Assembly (NCBI GenBank): GCA_951406725.2
Contig: OX597823.1
Location: 93,434,001-93,498,000, forward strand
Source: Octopus vulgaris
Lineage: Eukaryota
Reading direction: 5' to 3'
DNA length: 64,000 nt
The notes under the pieces were generated by a model that saw only the letters and a program-made list of their open reading frames with translations, was not told the origin of the DNA and did not search any database. This document shows positions 1-12,727 of the stretch, one piece after another; position 1 is the stretch's first letter, and each line of letters begins with the position of its first letter. Position numbers and translations under genes: made by a program.

Positions 1-496
1 GTAGAGTAACGCAACGCCGCTAAGCAGTGGTGTCTGGCGTGCAAACGACAATAATACAAATGATAAACATTTTCTGCTGAACATGTTAATATATTAATGA
101 AAATGAAAATCTTCTTACATACTCACATATGTTAGCGCGTACAGGCTTACATTAATACAGACATTGAGTCTTTCAGACATACTTGTATAGATCTAGGTGG
201 ATATTTCTTTACATAATACGTACATACATACATAAGCTTTCACATACATATGCTTATACGTAAAGGGAAGCATATATGTATACATGAAACCATATACACA
301 TATCACGTGTAACATCACATATATGTATGTGTGTGTATATGTGTGTTTTTATATATATACGAGCATGCACAAATTCATAGTTTCATAATACGGATCCGTA
401 TATCTGTGTTTTCATGCTCACAGTTTCTATTTATTTACATTTATACCTTTGTATTCGATGCGTCAAATTTTGATACATACATACTTATATCCATAT

Positions 497-556
<60 letters not shown>

Positions 557-713
557 ATGTATATACACATACATATATGTGTATATGTATATATATATAT
601 ACATATATATATATATGCTTATACATATGTACATATATAGGTACATATATATAGAATAAGAAAAAATATATATGTGCATATATGCATATATATAGATAAA
701 TATATATATATAG

Positions 714-769
<56 letters not shown>

Positions 770-1496
770 GTAGGTGTGTATGTTTATAGGTTTGTATACA
801 TAAGTGTAGCATAAAACGATAATTCTAATAAGAAACCGACAGATTCTATGACAGCTGTCATGGTTTAATCCAATCTCAGCGAATGTTTGTGAATGTATAT
901 ATTTGACACAAGTTTTTCCATTATAATCGGAACTCTTCACTTTAGTGGAATCTATTTATTTTACAAACGTGTGAATGGTTGTAGAATTAGAGAAAAGCAG
1001 AGAAAGAGAGAGAGAGAGAGAGAAATTGGAGAGCATTAGGAGGCTGGAGTGAGAGAGTGAGAGTAAGTGAGATAGAGGGTGATATTGAGTGAATGGCTGA
1101 GTTAGACGTACACAACGTATTCATGAAATATGAACAACAGCCATAACTAATTAAAATGAAAATGAAAATTATGATAGGGTGATGATGGTGATGATGATGA
1201 TGATGATGATATTATTAATAATAATAATGCCAGGCAGTGACTCACATGGCTTCTGATCCTAAATTGATCGGAAGTGTTATCATGTGTATGTTTTGTTTTT
1301 GGTGCAAAAAGTGGCCTACCATTAATATTCTGCTCAATATCACACGTTTACTTGTCACTTGCTTGACTTTAACGGGTTGAGCATCTCCCTTAGCGGCTGA
1401 CGATATGTGTATCTCTGATCCCGAGCATAAATAGTGCGGAAGCGTCAAAGCCATGTGTTGAGAGGAATTCTTTGCGTTTTGAATAATTCACGCCTG

Positions 1497-1862
1497 GAAA
1501 CATGTCCAGCAGACAACTTGGTATGTGGTAAGGAAGAAAGAAAAGTCAAGAGATATTACAGGTTAGCTTGGGAGGTTAAGCAGTTGGGGTCGATGAAAAA
1601 GTTGGCAGTAGTACCAATAATTTTCGGAGCCCCGCGGATATTGAGCAAAAATCTTCAAAGTTACATGGTACAAATAGAGGCTGTAATAAGAGTGGAGCAC
1701 TTGCAGAAAACAGCACTGTTTGGAACCGCTTGAATGCTTCAGAAGGTGCTCGAAAATAAGGAGTGTTACTTTAGTTCACTATTAGTGAACAGCGGACACT
1801 TTAGTACATCACCAGCGTCAGAAACTCTGCAAAGGCAATAAGATAATAATAATTATAATAAT
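1497..1862 (+). mobile_element. 3' fragment of R4/Dong-type non-LTR retroelement (RLE C-terminus, family 1)
   Basis: Translation CPADNLVCGKEERKVKRYYRLAWEVKQL...VVPIIFGA...HLQKTALFGTA is collinear with the ORF at 25203-25775(-). It is followed by a short 3' UTR and a (TAA)n tail. Confidence 0.85.
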
Positions 1863-1873
1863 GATAATAATAC

Positions 1874-1954
<81 letters not shown>

Positions 1955-2009
1955 TGATGATGATGATGATGATGATGACGATGACGATGACGATGATGAT
2001 GACGATGAT

Positions 2010-2050
<41 letters not shown>

Positions 2051-2060
2051 TGATGATGAT
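1874..2060. repeat. compound (GAT)n/(GACGAT)n microsatellite
   Basis: Seen directly. It is the source of the poly-His/Ser/Met ORFs. Confidence 0.95.
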
Positions 2061-2094
2061 GGTGCACCTAGAGAAACTAGAGAAACAATTGTAT

Positions 2095-2810
2095 ATTTCA
2101 CCTCTGGATACGCTTAATGTCCAATAAATACACGCCTTGTGTCCAGATTTACTGAGTAATATAGAATCGTGCTACATGTCAGTGCAAATTTGTGTCATCG
2201 TTCATTTTTACCAACCTTTTCTAAATTTCAGGAAATTTACTGAAGGATCTGACGTCCATTTGCTTTGTAAATTTTCTGGGGGTTGTCCATAAATCCTAAG
2301 TTGAATGTCCTGCAGAATGAACAGTTTAGCTGATTCTTGCCAACGCCAGGATTATCCTTTAGAATATCGTCGCTCATTCTCAATAATAAACCTCTGTATA
2401 CGGTAAACGCTGAAGCACCATTGTCTTCCTGGCACCACTACAAGAAATCTGTGAGTATCCGACAACGTTGTAGATGTTAAACACTCGATCATAGATATTG
2501 ATTTGAACTTCAGCTCCGTAAAGAAGCAACTGCCTCTTCCTTTACTACTCACAAGGGGCTAAACACAGAGAAGACAAACAAGGACAGACAAACGGATTAA
2601 GTCGATTATATCGACCCCAGTGTGTAATTGGTACTTATTTAATCGACCCCGAAAGGATAAAAGGCTAAGTCGACCTCGGCGGAATTTGAACTCAGAACGT
2701 AACGGCAGACGAAATACGGCTACGCATTTCGCCCGGCGTGCTAACGTTTCTGCCAGCTCACCGCAACTGCCTCACAAACCGCGGCCACAAATTCGCACGC
2801 CCATTTAACT
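2095..2810 (-). mobile_element. highly decayed LINE 5' region (possibly RTE 5' UTR plus APE start), interrupted by a SINE
   Basis: The minus strand weakly resembles the APE N-terminal motifs (xxTWNVRT, LDILGxSE) with frameshifts. Confidence 0.3.
2537..2764 (-). mobile_element. tRNA-derived SINE (type A) with 11-bp TSD
   Basis: Minus strand has A-box-like TGGCAGAAACGTTAG and B-box GAGTTCAAATTCC, and is near-identical to 7152-7380. TSD gcaactgcctc at 2526-2536 and 2763-2773. Confidence 0.9.
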
Positions 2811-3384
2811 TCTACAATATTCAGTCTCAGTCAGTATATGCTTCCGCATCTTAAGCAACGCCATTCTGTATCTTCCGTGCCTTAGTATTAAAGTAGCTAC
2901 TTTAATACCTGACGCAATATATTAACTATAAGAAAAGCAAAAGATAAAAAGAAATATACATATCTAAAACGATTAAGATTGATTTATATTTTTAAAGTTT
3001 CTATATTAACATATTCTTGACAGAATGTTTTAGCAAAAACCAGCGAAAAAATAAATTAAACATAAAAATATTCGAAGCATGTAAGAAAATATCTACGCTA
3101 GTAAAAAGAAATTAATGCAATTGATGTGTCACGTCAGGTTGTTTTTTTTTTCGGAATTCTTGTAGCTGTTATAACTAAACATAAATCTACTACACGGAAC
3201 TGTCTCTTGGCAAGATTTAAAATACCACAGAGTGTCCTTGCCCTATTCACCTTGCTTATATTAATAATAATTCATGTACAGGAAACAGCATTTAGGACGC
3301 TGCTGTACAACGGACAGAAAACATGATATAAATCATTTAAGTAAATCCGTCAGTTTTCTACCCTTCTTCATAATTTTTTTCCCT

Positions 3385-3805
3385 TAGTTTCAGCTCAGAG
3401 CTGCGGCCAAGCCGATGCACTGCTGTTTTGTGTTACACTGTTATTACTAAGAGCCTCCTCTAATATGTGGCACTTGGTGAAGAATGGAGTTTGATATAGC
3501 TACCCTCATTTGCACCTCTTGCCGTGAGGTTGGTTCATCTGGGACTCTCAACAGGAAGTAGTCCAGCTTTGATTTAAAAACCCTTACATCTACTTTGTGC
3601 AAGTTCTTCAGACTCATTGGGAGAATATCAAAAAGCTGTGGGCCCTTGAAACCCAAGCTGTTGCAGTAACTGGTCCTGAAGCGTGATGGCATTGCTGGGA
3701 CCTTTGGCACTATGCAGTGTCCTCCCGTTCTGGCATTGGTGTAGCTTCCAATGCCAAAATTTGGCACAATTCCTTCCAGGATCTTCCAGATAGATATTAC
3801 TGCAT
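3385..3805 (-). mobile_element. CR1/L2-group LINE 3' fragment
   Basis: YIWKILEGIVPN...SLGFKGPQLFDILP...FKSKLDYFLLRVPDEP is typical of the CR1-group ORF2 C-terminus. It is homologous to the 16310-16920 fragment, and the 3' UTR is retained. Confidence 0.85.
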
Positions 3806-3829
3806 TTAAGATTTATAAAAAGTGACTGC

Positions 3830-4200
3830 TAAAATTGCTCAGAGTTTGAATATACTCCCCCCACAATATACTGAAGATCATCTACAGGGACTAAATGTAA
3901 TAGAATACGTGAGATATTTTGAGCTCCTGAAAAGAGCCAATCTGCGTTGCCGGAAAGTGATTGTGACTAAAGAAAAGCGAGACTTGTGGGTCATAATTTC
4001 CAACCAGCAGAAGAACGAATACCTCTAATATATATAGAATGGGAACCACCAATGAGACGAAGAAAGAAAGGGCGATTGAAGAATATAGGGCGTGACACCT
4101 TTAAAGAACATCGATTGACTTACATACGTATCAGTTTGGTCGATATCCCATTTGCTAGAAATACTTGCCACATCGTAATCAAAATATATTCTACCGCCTT
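3830..4200 (+). mobile_element. decayed RTE-clade LINE C-terminal fragment
   Basis: RLVGHNFQPAEERIPLIYIEWEPPMRRRKKGRLKNIGRDTFKE resembles RTE RWxGHxxR...RIPK...W.P.GxRxRGRPK. Confidence 0.65.
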
Positions 4201-5039
4201 CAGAAGACACTCCTACGGCATATACAATAATTTTGTCGTAAATACCCAATTGTCCATTTCCAAGAGAGGAGGGTTAACATTTCTCATAAATCTGCTCCAT
4301 TAAAGCTAATCTAGTTATTAAAATAAACATCAACAATTTTTGTTTATCAATAATATCTAAATCTTTGTAAACACCTTATTTATACAGGGATGAAAGATAG
4401 AAAAAAAAAACATTAATCGTATAAAAGATCAAATTATCGAGAAAAAAAGAAGCTTCCGTAATTCTCTCACTGACGGAATAAAGAGAAAGAAGCAATGGTG
4501 GGCGGAATTAAGCGGCAGTTGAAGATCCAAGGACAAATGGCGTGTTCAGCCGCACCTCGTTGACATGACTGCAAAGGCAATGCTGTAGAGAATGGCCAGC
4601 AACACTCGCGGCAGCATCCACTCCACCTAACTGGCGCATTTCTCACACAGGCTTAGTTATTACGATTTTGCCAAGGAAATCAGCAGTGCGGGTTCGAAAA
4701 CACCTGATGTCTCCTCAGCGGCCAAAAGAAACTGATAGCGGCCGGTCACGCTCCTGTATTTGTTAATTTTTTCTCTCTTCTGCACTAATAATAGGATCGC
4801 AAGTATTTTTCTCTACATCGATATATCTGAAAAGCCTTTTCTGATCTAGTCCAGGAACACAGTATACACCTAACTATTGAGCGAGCTTTGGAGGCAAAAT
4901 TTTAAATAAAAATCCGGCTAAGTTTGACCTATATAATAATCGCATTTTACGTATGTTCACATCTCTATGTGGGATGACTACACGCATTAACAGCTCCTAC
5001 CATTAAAGAAGAAAGGCATAAATATGTCACAGCATAATT

Positions 5040-5245
5040 TCAATATTTGACACAAGGTCAACAATTTTGGAACACAAATATTTGTAAATGTTAGACTTTA
5101 TAATTTGATTTGTGCTTAATTTTATAATCCCTAAGATACTGAAAAGCAAAGGGGATTTCGACGGAATTTGAATTCAGAACGTAAGGCGTCGGTAGAAATG
5201 CCGCTGAGCATTTAATCCGACGTGCTAGAGATAATAGCAGCTCAC
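5040..5245 (-). mobile_element. decayed type A SINE
   Basis: ggaatttgaattcagaacgtaa...cgtgcta...gcagctcac matches the 2537-2764 copy. Confidence 0.7.
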
Positions 5246-5734
5246 TGTATTTTACCTGTGAAATAATAACTCCTGCTTTATTTCAAAAAGAGGACACTGT
5301 TCTATGTTCGTATTATTCTGATATAGCAACTCGTTTCTTTTCCTAAAATTTTCAGCACTGCCCATGACGTACCTTAAAATCTGAAATCCCTTTTTCCGAA
5401 GCAAAATAAAGATAAAGGGCCATATTCATTCCAGGTGAAACCACATCCATTTTGCCTCTTCTACAAACAACTAGGACAAATATGGCGTTGTCAAAGGTGT
5501 TTCTTTGGAATCCAATATTTTCAGACTTTCACAATTCCTTTGTATTCGCAGTTGTTCTGCATGTTCAAACATTCGGAGTTTGAATTTTATCATTTTTATG
5601 CTGAGTTAATTAATTTTATCATTAAACCGTTTAAAGAGGTAACTGCTTGCATATTTGTCCTTAATTTCAAAATCATGACTGTAAACTTATCCAGCGTTAC
5701 AACACTCTGCGTAAAAAATGTATTATCTTTTATT

Positions 5735-5920
5735 TCATAGTTTTAGCCGTTGGACTGCAGCCTTGCCGTGGTACCGTCCTGAGACCTTCTGTCAAACAAA
5801 TCGACCCCGTTGCTTATTTGTAACAACTGTATTTATTCTATCTGTATCTTTTGCCGACCGATGGATCTCAGTGACACAACAAACACCAGGAGGTCAAGTG
5901 GCAAGGAAGAATCACAAGCA
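5735..5920 (-). mobile_element. decayed 3' half of type B SINE
   Basis: aacaaatcgacccc...ttttgccga...aaacaccag is similar to 50135-50340. Confidence 0.6.
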
Positions 5921-6855
5921 CTCACGGATCAAATTTACAGAAAGCAAAACTAATGAACGATACGCATAGCCTACATATTGCTTTACTACCATATACATCA
6001 ATTGCGATATAATGAAAGGTTAAGTTTATTTCGAGTAAACATGAACTCACAACACAGAGCGGATAATCGAGGCGAATAGAAATACTGAGAGACAACTTCT
6101 CCAACGCTTTCACGACTCCACAAATTCTCTACGTTCGTTTATTTAATATTTATAATATAATACACAACACCATTAAAATTTACTCAACATTTGTAGAGCT
6201 ACTGTAGATTCTGTGTAATCAGTGGGCCTTTAGGTTTGGCTTCAAATTATCAGGAAGAGATCAGGCCACTATGATATAAGTTTATAAGTTAATAACAGGA
6301 AAGTTAATCTGAACGATGGCAGATATCTCCGAATTGTATCATTCACCGACAGGATGATATTCATATAAATTAGTTGCTGAGAGCAAACTCGTCCATTTAT
6401 GCCTATAGATGAGAAATGCTAATCTTTCTCATACAATCATAACTCAGTGTAATATATTAGAATATATGGGAGATTTTAAAAGATAATGTCTTAGTTTTAT
6501 GCAGTTTAAGGCTTGTCATATTACCGGGGTTCCGGAATGAGCGCTGCAGATGTTTATATGGTCACGTGCTTCTCTGGAGAAATAGAATTCCATCATGAAT
6601 GTGTGTAACTGTATAAGACACACAGGCACCAACACCAATGTCTGCAGCATCGCCATCCTTATCAAGATGATTACAACGAGGTAGTAAAAGATTCTTTACA
6701 CGGTTGCTCGATGTGCTAGAAAGAGTAGGCAAATTAAGATCACATCTTACCACTCCCGTCCAGAAATAAAGATACATTAAATAATAAAGGCATAAACAGG
6801 CAAGATGGTCAAGTTTGGAATGCTTTTTATTGTGATTAATATCAATCAACTGTTT

Positions 6856-7067
6856 AAGGCGACGAGGTGGCACATTCTCCATCGCACTGGGCTAAATTCT
6901 TGATGACATATTACCTGTCTTTTTGTTTCGAGTTCAAATTGTGCCGAAGGGGACTTTGCCTTTTATCCTTCGGGGTCGAAAATCTAAGTAGCAGTTGAGT
7001 ATTGGGGTCGAGGTAATTGACTGTCCCTCTCACCAAAAGTGCTGGCCTGGTACAAAATTTGAAACCA
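6856..7067 (+). mobile_element. decayed type A SINE
   Basis: gagttcaaatt...gactttgccttttatccttcggggtcga core is present. Confidence 0.75.
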
Positions 7068-7151
7068 ATCTCAATCAGTTGTTAAGTAACTTTAGGCAAC
7101 AGCAAAAAACATCAACAGCATCATCATGACAACAATATATTTCATTATCAT

Positions 7152-7546
7152 GCGGCAAGATGGCAGACTCGTTAGCACGCCGGGCGAAATGCGTAGCCGT
7201 ATTTCATCTGTCGTTACGTTCTGAGTTCAAATTCCGCCGAGGTCGACTTTGCCTTTCATCCTTTCGGGGTCGATTAAATAAGTACCAGTTACGCACTGGG
7301 GTTGATATAATCGACTTCATCCGTTTGTCTGTCCTTGTTTGTCCCCTCTGTGTGTAGCCCCTTGTGGGCAGTAAAGAAATATGTATTTCGTCTGTCTTTA
7401 CGTTCTGAGTTCAAATTCCGCCGTGGTAGACTTTGCCTTTCATTCTTTCGAGGTCGATAAATTAAGTACCAGTTACGTACTGGGTCGCTCTAATCGACTG
7501 CCCTCCTTCCTCTAAAATTTCGGGCATTGTGTCTATAGCAGAAAAG
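7152..7546 (+). mobile_element. dimeric type A SINE (full monomer plus A-box-less second monomer)
   Basis: The core gtatttc.tctgtc.ttacgttctgagttcaaattccgccg occurs twice (about 7199 and 7383). Approximate TSD aatat(a/c)tttcattat on both sides. Confidence 0.85.
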
Positions 7547-7724
7547 AATATCTTTCATTATTCACCAACACAGAGCAGATCAATGCATTGGAATCGTATC
7601 AAAACGCAGACGTTGCACAACGACACGAACACACGCACACCTTTACAGTATGAGCTCTAATACGGTCAACAAAAAAAGTATCAGCTACATAATACATAAC
7701 AAACCCAACAACAACGAGTCTAAC

Positions 7725-8310
7725 ACAGTTCTATATTTAAGAGATGTGGAATTATGTACATTATTTACATTATTTACATTATAGATACTGACACATGTAT
7801 ACACATATACACGCACATGCACTCACACACACACACACACACGCACACACACATACACACACTGGTGATTTTCGCACTCTATCGCCTTCAAGAACCCCTT
7901 GCTCTATCCCTCTCCACTTCCAATCAGTTATATATACAGTTCTATATTTAAGAGATGTGGAATTATGTATATTATTTACATTATTTACATTTGACGGATA
8001 TTTGTCCTCATCTTGTAAAAGGTGAAACAAACAATAATTTCTGAGCGAGACGTAAACAGTAGCAACAGGGAATCGTGAAGTTTATTTGCCACCTAAATGT
8101 AGCGGATCCATAAGGCAATATGCTACTGTTCTTTATAGCCCCAGGAAGACATCTCCTCCAGCTGGCTAGCGACACACTCCCTGTAAACAACAGTAGTATC
8201 GTCCCCAATGGGTCCGCCACATTTATATGGAAAATATATACCACACGATGTCCTCATCTTATTTGTTGTTAACACATCTTTCGGCTGATGTACACTCCAG
8301 CCTTCAAGCA
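7725..8310 (-). mobile_element. Penelope-like pLTR-type short element (family H1): partial duplicate plus interrupted copy
   Basis: 7725-7780 repeats 7936-7991. Segments 7936-8014 and 8249-8310 together match 10828-10965. Decayed HHR at 8271-8310. Confidence 0.65.
8015..8248. mobile_element. 234-bp unclassified insertion with 12-bp TSD
   Basis: tgtcctcatctt at 8003-8014 and 8249-8260. The uninterrupted copy at 10901-10912 has it only once. Confidence 0.75.
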
Positions 8311-9139
8311 ATCGATAAAAATGGAAGCTACATTTGTAGAAGTATTTTGAGATATGGAAACCGCGGTTTGAACATTGTTGGACCGACTTTACTCAATCAG
8401 AGTGAGCGTGGGTGTAAACTACAACTGCAACAAGAACAAAAGGAGCATGAATATTAGGCAACGGGAAGAGATAACAATTGATATATAATTGTTAGGGATG
8501 AATGGATGATTACGGCAAGAGTTCCTGCATTATAGATATAATCCATCAGAGCTAACCAAGGTTGAAATAACACTTTGCAACCCTCATTAACAAGACCAAA
8601 GGGCTGAGAGGTTTCAACTCGAAAATATACTCAACTATCTGCTATAATAATACTCTTGTGCTTTTCTCCGTCACAACATATTAATGAGAAATAAAGGGGT
8701 GAGAGATAAATAAAGAAGGGGTGATGGCAAACTGTTAGCGAGAGCGTTTGCGCGTGTGTTTGTATGTGTGTGTGTGTGTTCACAATGGAAATGAGGAAAA
8801 AGGAAACGAAAAATGAAACAGCGTTTCAACTCTGTGTGAGTATATATGTGTATGTTTGTGCCTGTACAAGGGAAATATGTAAATGTGTGTATGTGTGAAC
8901 CAGCTTTCTTTCGGTAACAAACGATGATTGATGTCATCTCAAAAGACCACCACTAGATAACATTGACAAGTGTATTAATCTGAGTTACCATCCATATTTA
9001 TATGTAAGATACTCCAATTACCCGTCACTTTTGTCGGTACGGGGCCTGCTAGCAGATAATGTTATATATTCTTTACATCATACCTTATCGTGTTAAAAAC
9101 AAGGAGAAGAAAAAAGTAGGTGATATATTTCTAGATACA

Positions 9140-9450
9140 TTCATTCAATTGGTTCTCATTGTGCCTTGTGGCACTTGAGGTGACAGCAAGTTCATTCCAC
9201 CTTCTAAAACTGAAACTCTCCTTGACAGCTTGTTCCATTGTTAACCCTCTGCTTTTAAGATATTTTGCTATTGTAATCTACTACATTTCCTTTGGTTGGT
9301 CACGTCTACTTTTATCTTGTAGAACCCATTGCAAAGTAATCCTGACAATTGAGCTCAGTTTATTGGGACAAGCTCAACCCAGCCATTTCCATCTCCTTGC
9401 TTCAATAGTTTCTCTAATTGGTTTCACGTTAGCCTTTGTGTGGAGTTGGT
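9140..9450 (-). mobile_element. RTE-clade LINE 3' fragment
   Basis: Minus strand reads IRETIEARRWKWLG*...VRITLQWVLQDKSRRDQPKEM...RRWNELA..SATRHNE with stops. Confidence 0.75.
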
Positions 9451-9559
9451 TAGTCGGCATCAAAAAGCGAAAAAATAGGTACAGGAGCGTAGCCAGGACG
9501 CGTTTCATTAAGGCATTTTTTTCAAAACACACCTGCTAGATAAGTTAAATTTGTCTAAA

Positions 9560-9905
9560 GTCGTAAGACACCTGCTGTTGTTCTGTTATTACCATTCTTG
9601 TTTTTAATTTTATTTTTGTTTTTTGTATTTATATTTGTGTGGCTTCATCCGTTTTTCTGTCCTTGTTTCGTTTACATTCGATCCTTTTCCCAAGAAATCT
9701 AATGCTCGCAGCTTAGTTTTTCATTGGGTCTGGCCGTTTCGGAGCAATATCAGGATTAATCAGCCGAAATTTGCTATGATGATCCGGTTCCTGACTGAAG
9801 ATTAAAGGCTTCGAATGACCCGTCCGTTTTTTGTGTCGTCTCTTTGTGTATTTCACGTTCTTGTCCCTTTTTATATATAATTTTTATACCTAAATATATA
9901 TATAT
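9560..9905. repeat. short T-rich element ending in (TA)n, organised like the pLTR-type elements
   Basis: Same layout as 30700-31160 (pyrimidine-rich body, structured core, T-rich end running into TA repeat). No clean HHR. Confidence 0.35.
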
Positions 9906-10827
9906 ATACAATGAGAACACCAATAACGTTAATCAAGATTACCCTCATCACCACAATTACCACCAACGCTGTCAAACAACATTGGATGAAGTGTTTTGCG
10001 CAAGAACCAGTTGGCCACGTGCTTACACAGAAAACCAGGGACATAACCAACTCGAATGGCAGGAACAAGATGCCAATATCACTAATAGTAACGCTATAAT
10101 GAATAAAGCTATCTCCAGATTAACTTGCGGAATTACCTCTTATTAAATCCAGGGTAATCACTAAATGTGGTCAAAGAAACGTATTAAAGTAATTCGCTTC
10201 GCAATGCAGGTGTGTCTTCTAAGATAAAACACTTTATGTAAATTGAATTAAACATCCACGTAAATATGTAAATGCATTTCGTATTTTGCGCGTCTATGGT
10301 GGTCAAAAATTTAAGAACAAATAATGAAGACCGAAAAACCGGTGTTTTAAAACAAAACTTTTGCGATATTCGATCCGGTCCCTCTCTTCTTACGCTTTCC
10401 ACATCCCGTAAATGCGGCCAATCGGTTATTAGTCAATTGGAAAACTGTAAGTAGCGATTATTGTTCCCTCAAAACGCGATATGAATTCTTAAAAAGGAAC
10501 CATTAAATAACTCTGTGCATTTAATCAGCGTGCTGTTAATAATGCACCAGTCATGCTTACGATGCAATGAAATAATCATTCATAATGAGACTCAGCAGGG
10601 ATTAGAAATGACATCCTGCGGGTTATTGATTAATTTGGGAAACACTGTTACTAAAACTAATTCCACGATTGGGTTTTTCATTGAAGCATACGGAAAATAG
10701 TGGTGGAAATTATCAAATACAAGAATATGGCGAGAAAGAAGACAATGATGATGATGATGGTGGTGAGGGCAGCAAGAATGACGTTGACGGTGACGATGAT
10801 GACAGGATGACTAAAACAAAGGGATGG

Positions 10828-11010
10828 GTTCTATATTTGAGAGATGAGGAATTGGGTACATCATTTACATTATTTACATTATTTACATTTGACGGATATT
10901 TGTCCTCATCTTGTTTGTTGTTAGCACAACGTTTCGGCTGATATATCCACCAGCCTTTTTCAAGTGTCTTGAACATGGGTTCTCATCCCTAAGGTATTTT
11001 TCGATGTTGT
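10828..11010 (-). mobile_element. pLTR-type element H1 with decayed minimal hammerhead (10925-10966)
   Basis: Minus strand: CAC-TTGAAAA-A-GGCTG-GTGGATATAT-CAGCC-GAAAC-GTT-GTG. It abuts (TTA)n. Confidence 0.65.
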
Positions 11011-11012
11011 TG

Positions 11013-11100
<88 letters not shown>

Positions 11101-11103
<3 letters not shown>

Positions 11104-11314
11104 CCAAAATTTAGAAATAGCAGTTAAATACTATTCTACAACCATAAGATATCTTCCAGACAGTAATACTCTCAACTAACAGAGGCAAAGAGAAAAAATA
11201 ACGAATCAACCCGAATTTTTTTCTCTTTGCCTGTGTGCGTTGAGAGTATTGCTGTCTGGGAAATGTATTATGGTAGTAGAATAGTTTTTAACTGCTCTTT
11301 CTAAATTTCGGTAT
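11101..11314. mobile_element. MITE-like fold-back, about 100-bp imperfect arms
   Basis: ataccaaaatttagaaatagcagttaaa...ggcaaagagaaaaaa pairs with ttttttctctttgcc...ttaactgctctttctaaatttcggtat. Confidence 0.85.
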
Positions 11315-11539
11315 GTGTCGTCGCAATTTTGTTAAACCCTAATTATAATTAAGTTTGTAATTATAATAATTTTTGTTTAAGTTTACCGATAATGGATCTT
11401 TTAACATACAGATCTACTCGGTAAAATTATTAATTATAAATTGATTAATTAATTTTACCCTTTATTATTATAAAGACATAGACAGACAGACACACAGACG
11501 CACAGATAGAAAGATAGATAGATAGATAAATAGATAGAT

Positions 11540-11598
<59 letters not shown>

Positions 11599-11611
11599 GG
11601 ACAGATAGATT

Positions 11612-11643
<32 letters not shown>

Positions 11644-11675
11644 TACAGACATGCAGACAGACAGACAGATAGATT

Positions 11676-11708
<33 letters not shown>

Positions 11709-11718
11709 CAGTACTCCG

Positions 11719-11756
<38 letters not shown>

Positions 11757-11796
11757 TGTAGATATATGTATATACACATACACAAACACATATAAG

Positions 11797-11832
<36 letters not shown>

Positions 11833-11905
11833 CAAACACACAGACAAGCGCGCACGAACATACACAAAACCACATATATATGAAGTGATATACGTTAAGA
11901 GATTT

Positions 11906-11953
11906 ACTAGACGTTTCCTATTTTACCGCGGGTAATGTCGTTCATCAGAATCC
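11906..11953 (-). ncRNA. minimal type I hammerhead remnant
   Basis: Minus strand CTGATGA-ACGACA-TTACC-CGC-GGTAA-AATAG-GAAAC-GTC. The core is intact but stem I and the base of stem II are decayed. Confidence 0.5.
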
Positions 11954-12366
11954 AGTGCGACAGACTATCTGCGGGCATCGCACTCTTTTGTGCTCCAGCT
12001 CTAAGTATTCTTCATTTGTTTTTCGATATTGAGTGACGAGCTGCAGCAGATTGTTTACAAATCCATACATCATTACACCTTCAGGCTGCTAACGTTCGGC
12101 AATGTTAGCTTTGTAAACAGATACACACGTGGGCGTGTGGGCCGTTTATATGTAACATATACTGAATTATATATAAACACACACACACACACACACCAAC
12201 ACACATACATGAATATACATTTGTGTATATATATATGAATTTTTATGAATAGAGCGAGATGTACATATATACATATATGTATGCATGTGCGTTACTGTAT
12301 ACAGATACACACATACACACACTCACACACCTACGCAGATACACATAGATACTTTTGTACGCTGAA

Positions 12367-12727
12367 GAGTGACCGTGTAATATGAAGGATTTACTAACCA
12401 CTTTTGGGTTCAGTTCCAGTGAGTGGCACCTTGGGCAAGTATATTCTAGTGTAACCTTGTGGATTTGGTAGACGGAAACTGAAAGAAGCCCATCGTGTAT
12501 ATATATATATATACAGATCACCATGTTGATTCGCTATATTCTGCACGCATTTTTTTCTCTCCTTGTTTCTTTCCGTGTTTCTTTTCTGTGTATCTTTCTG
12601 GTGAAGAGCGTAGGCTCGAAACGTAAAAGACTTGTTTTATTTATATTCCTGAGCGCCATACTAATACAATTGTTTGTTTGTATTCCACCTGCCTTCGTCT
12701 TTTGTTTATTTTCATAAAGCTTCCCGT

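Noticed and set aside
1801-2127. Poly-His/Arg, poly-Ser and poly-Met/Thr ORFs
   Set aside because: Compound GAT/GAC microsatellite downstream of a LINE tail.
9720-9830. Hammerhead in the 9560-9905 element
   Set aside because: CTGAAGA and GAAA-like boxes are present, but I could not build consistent stems.
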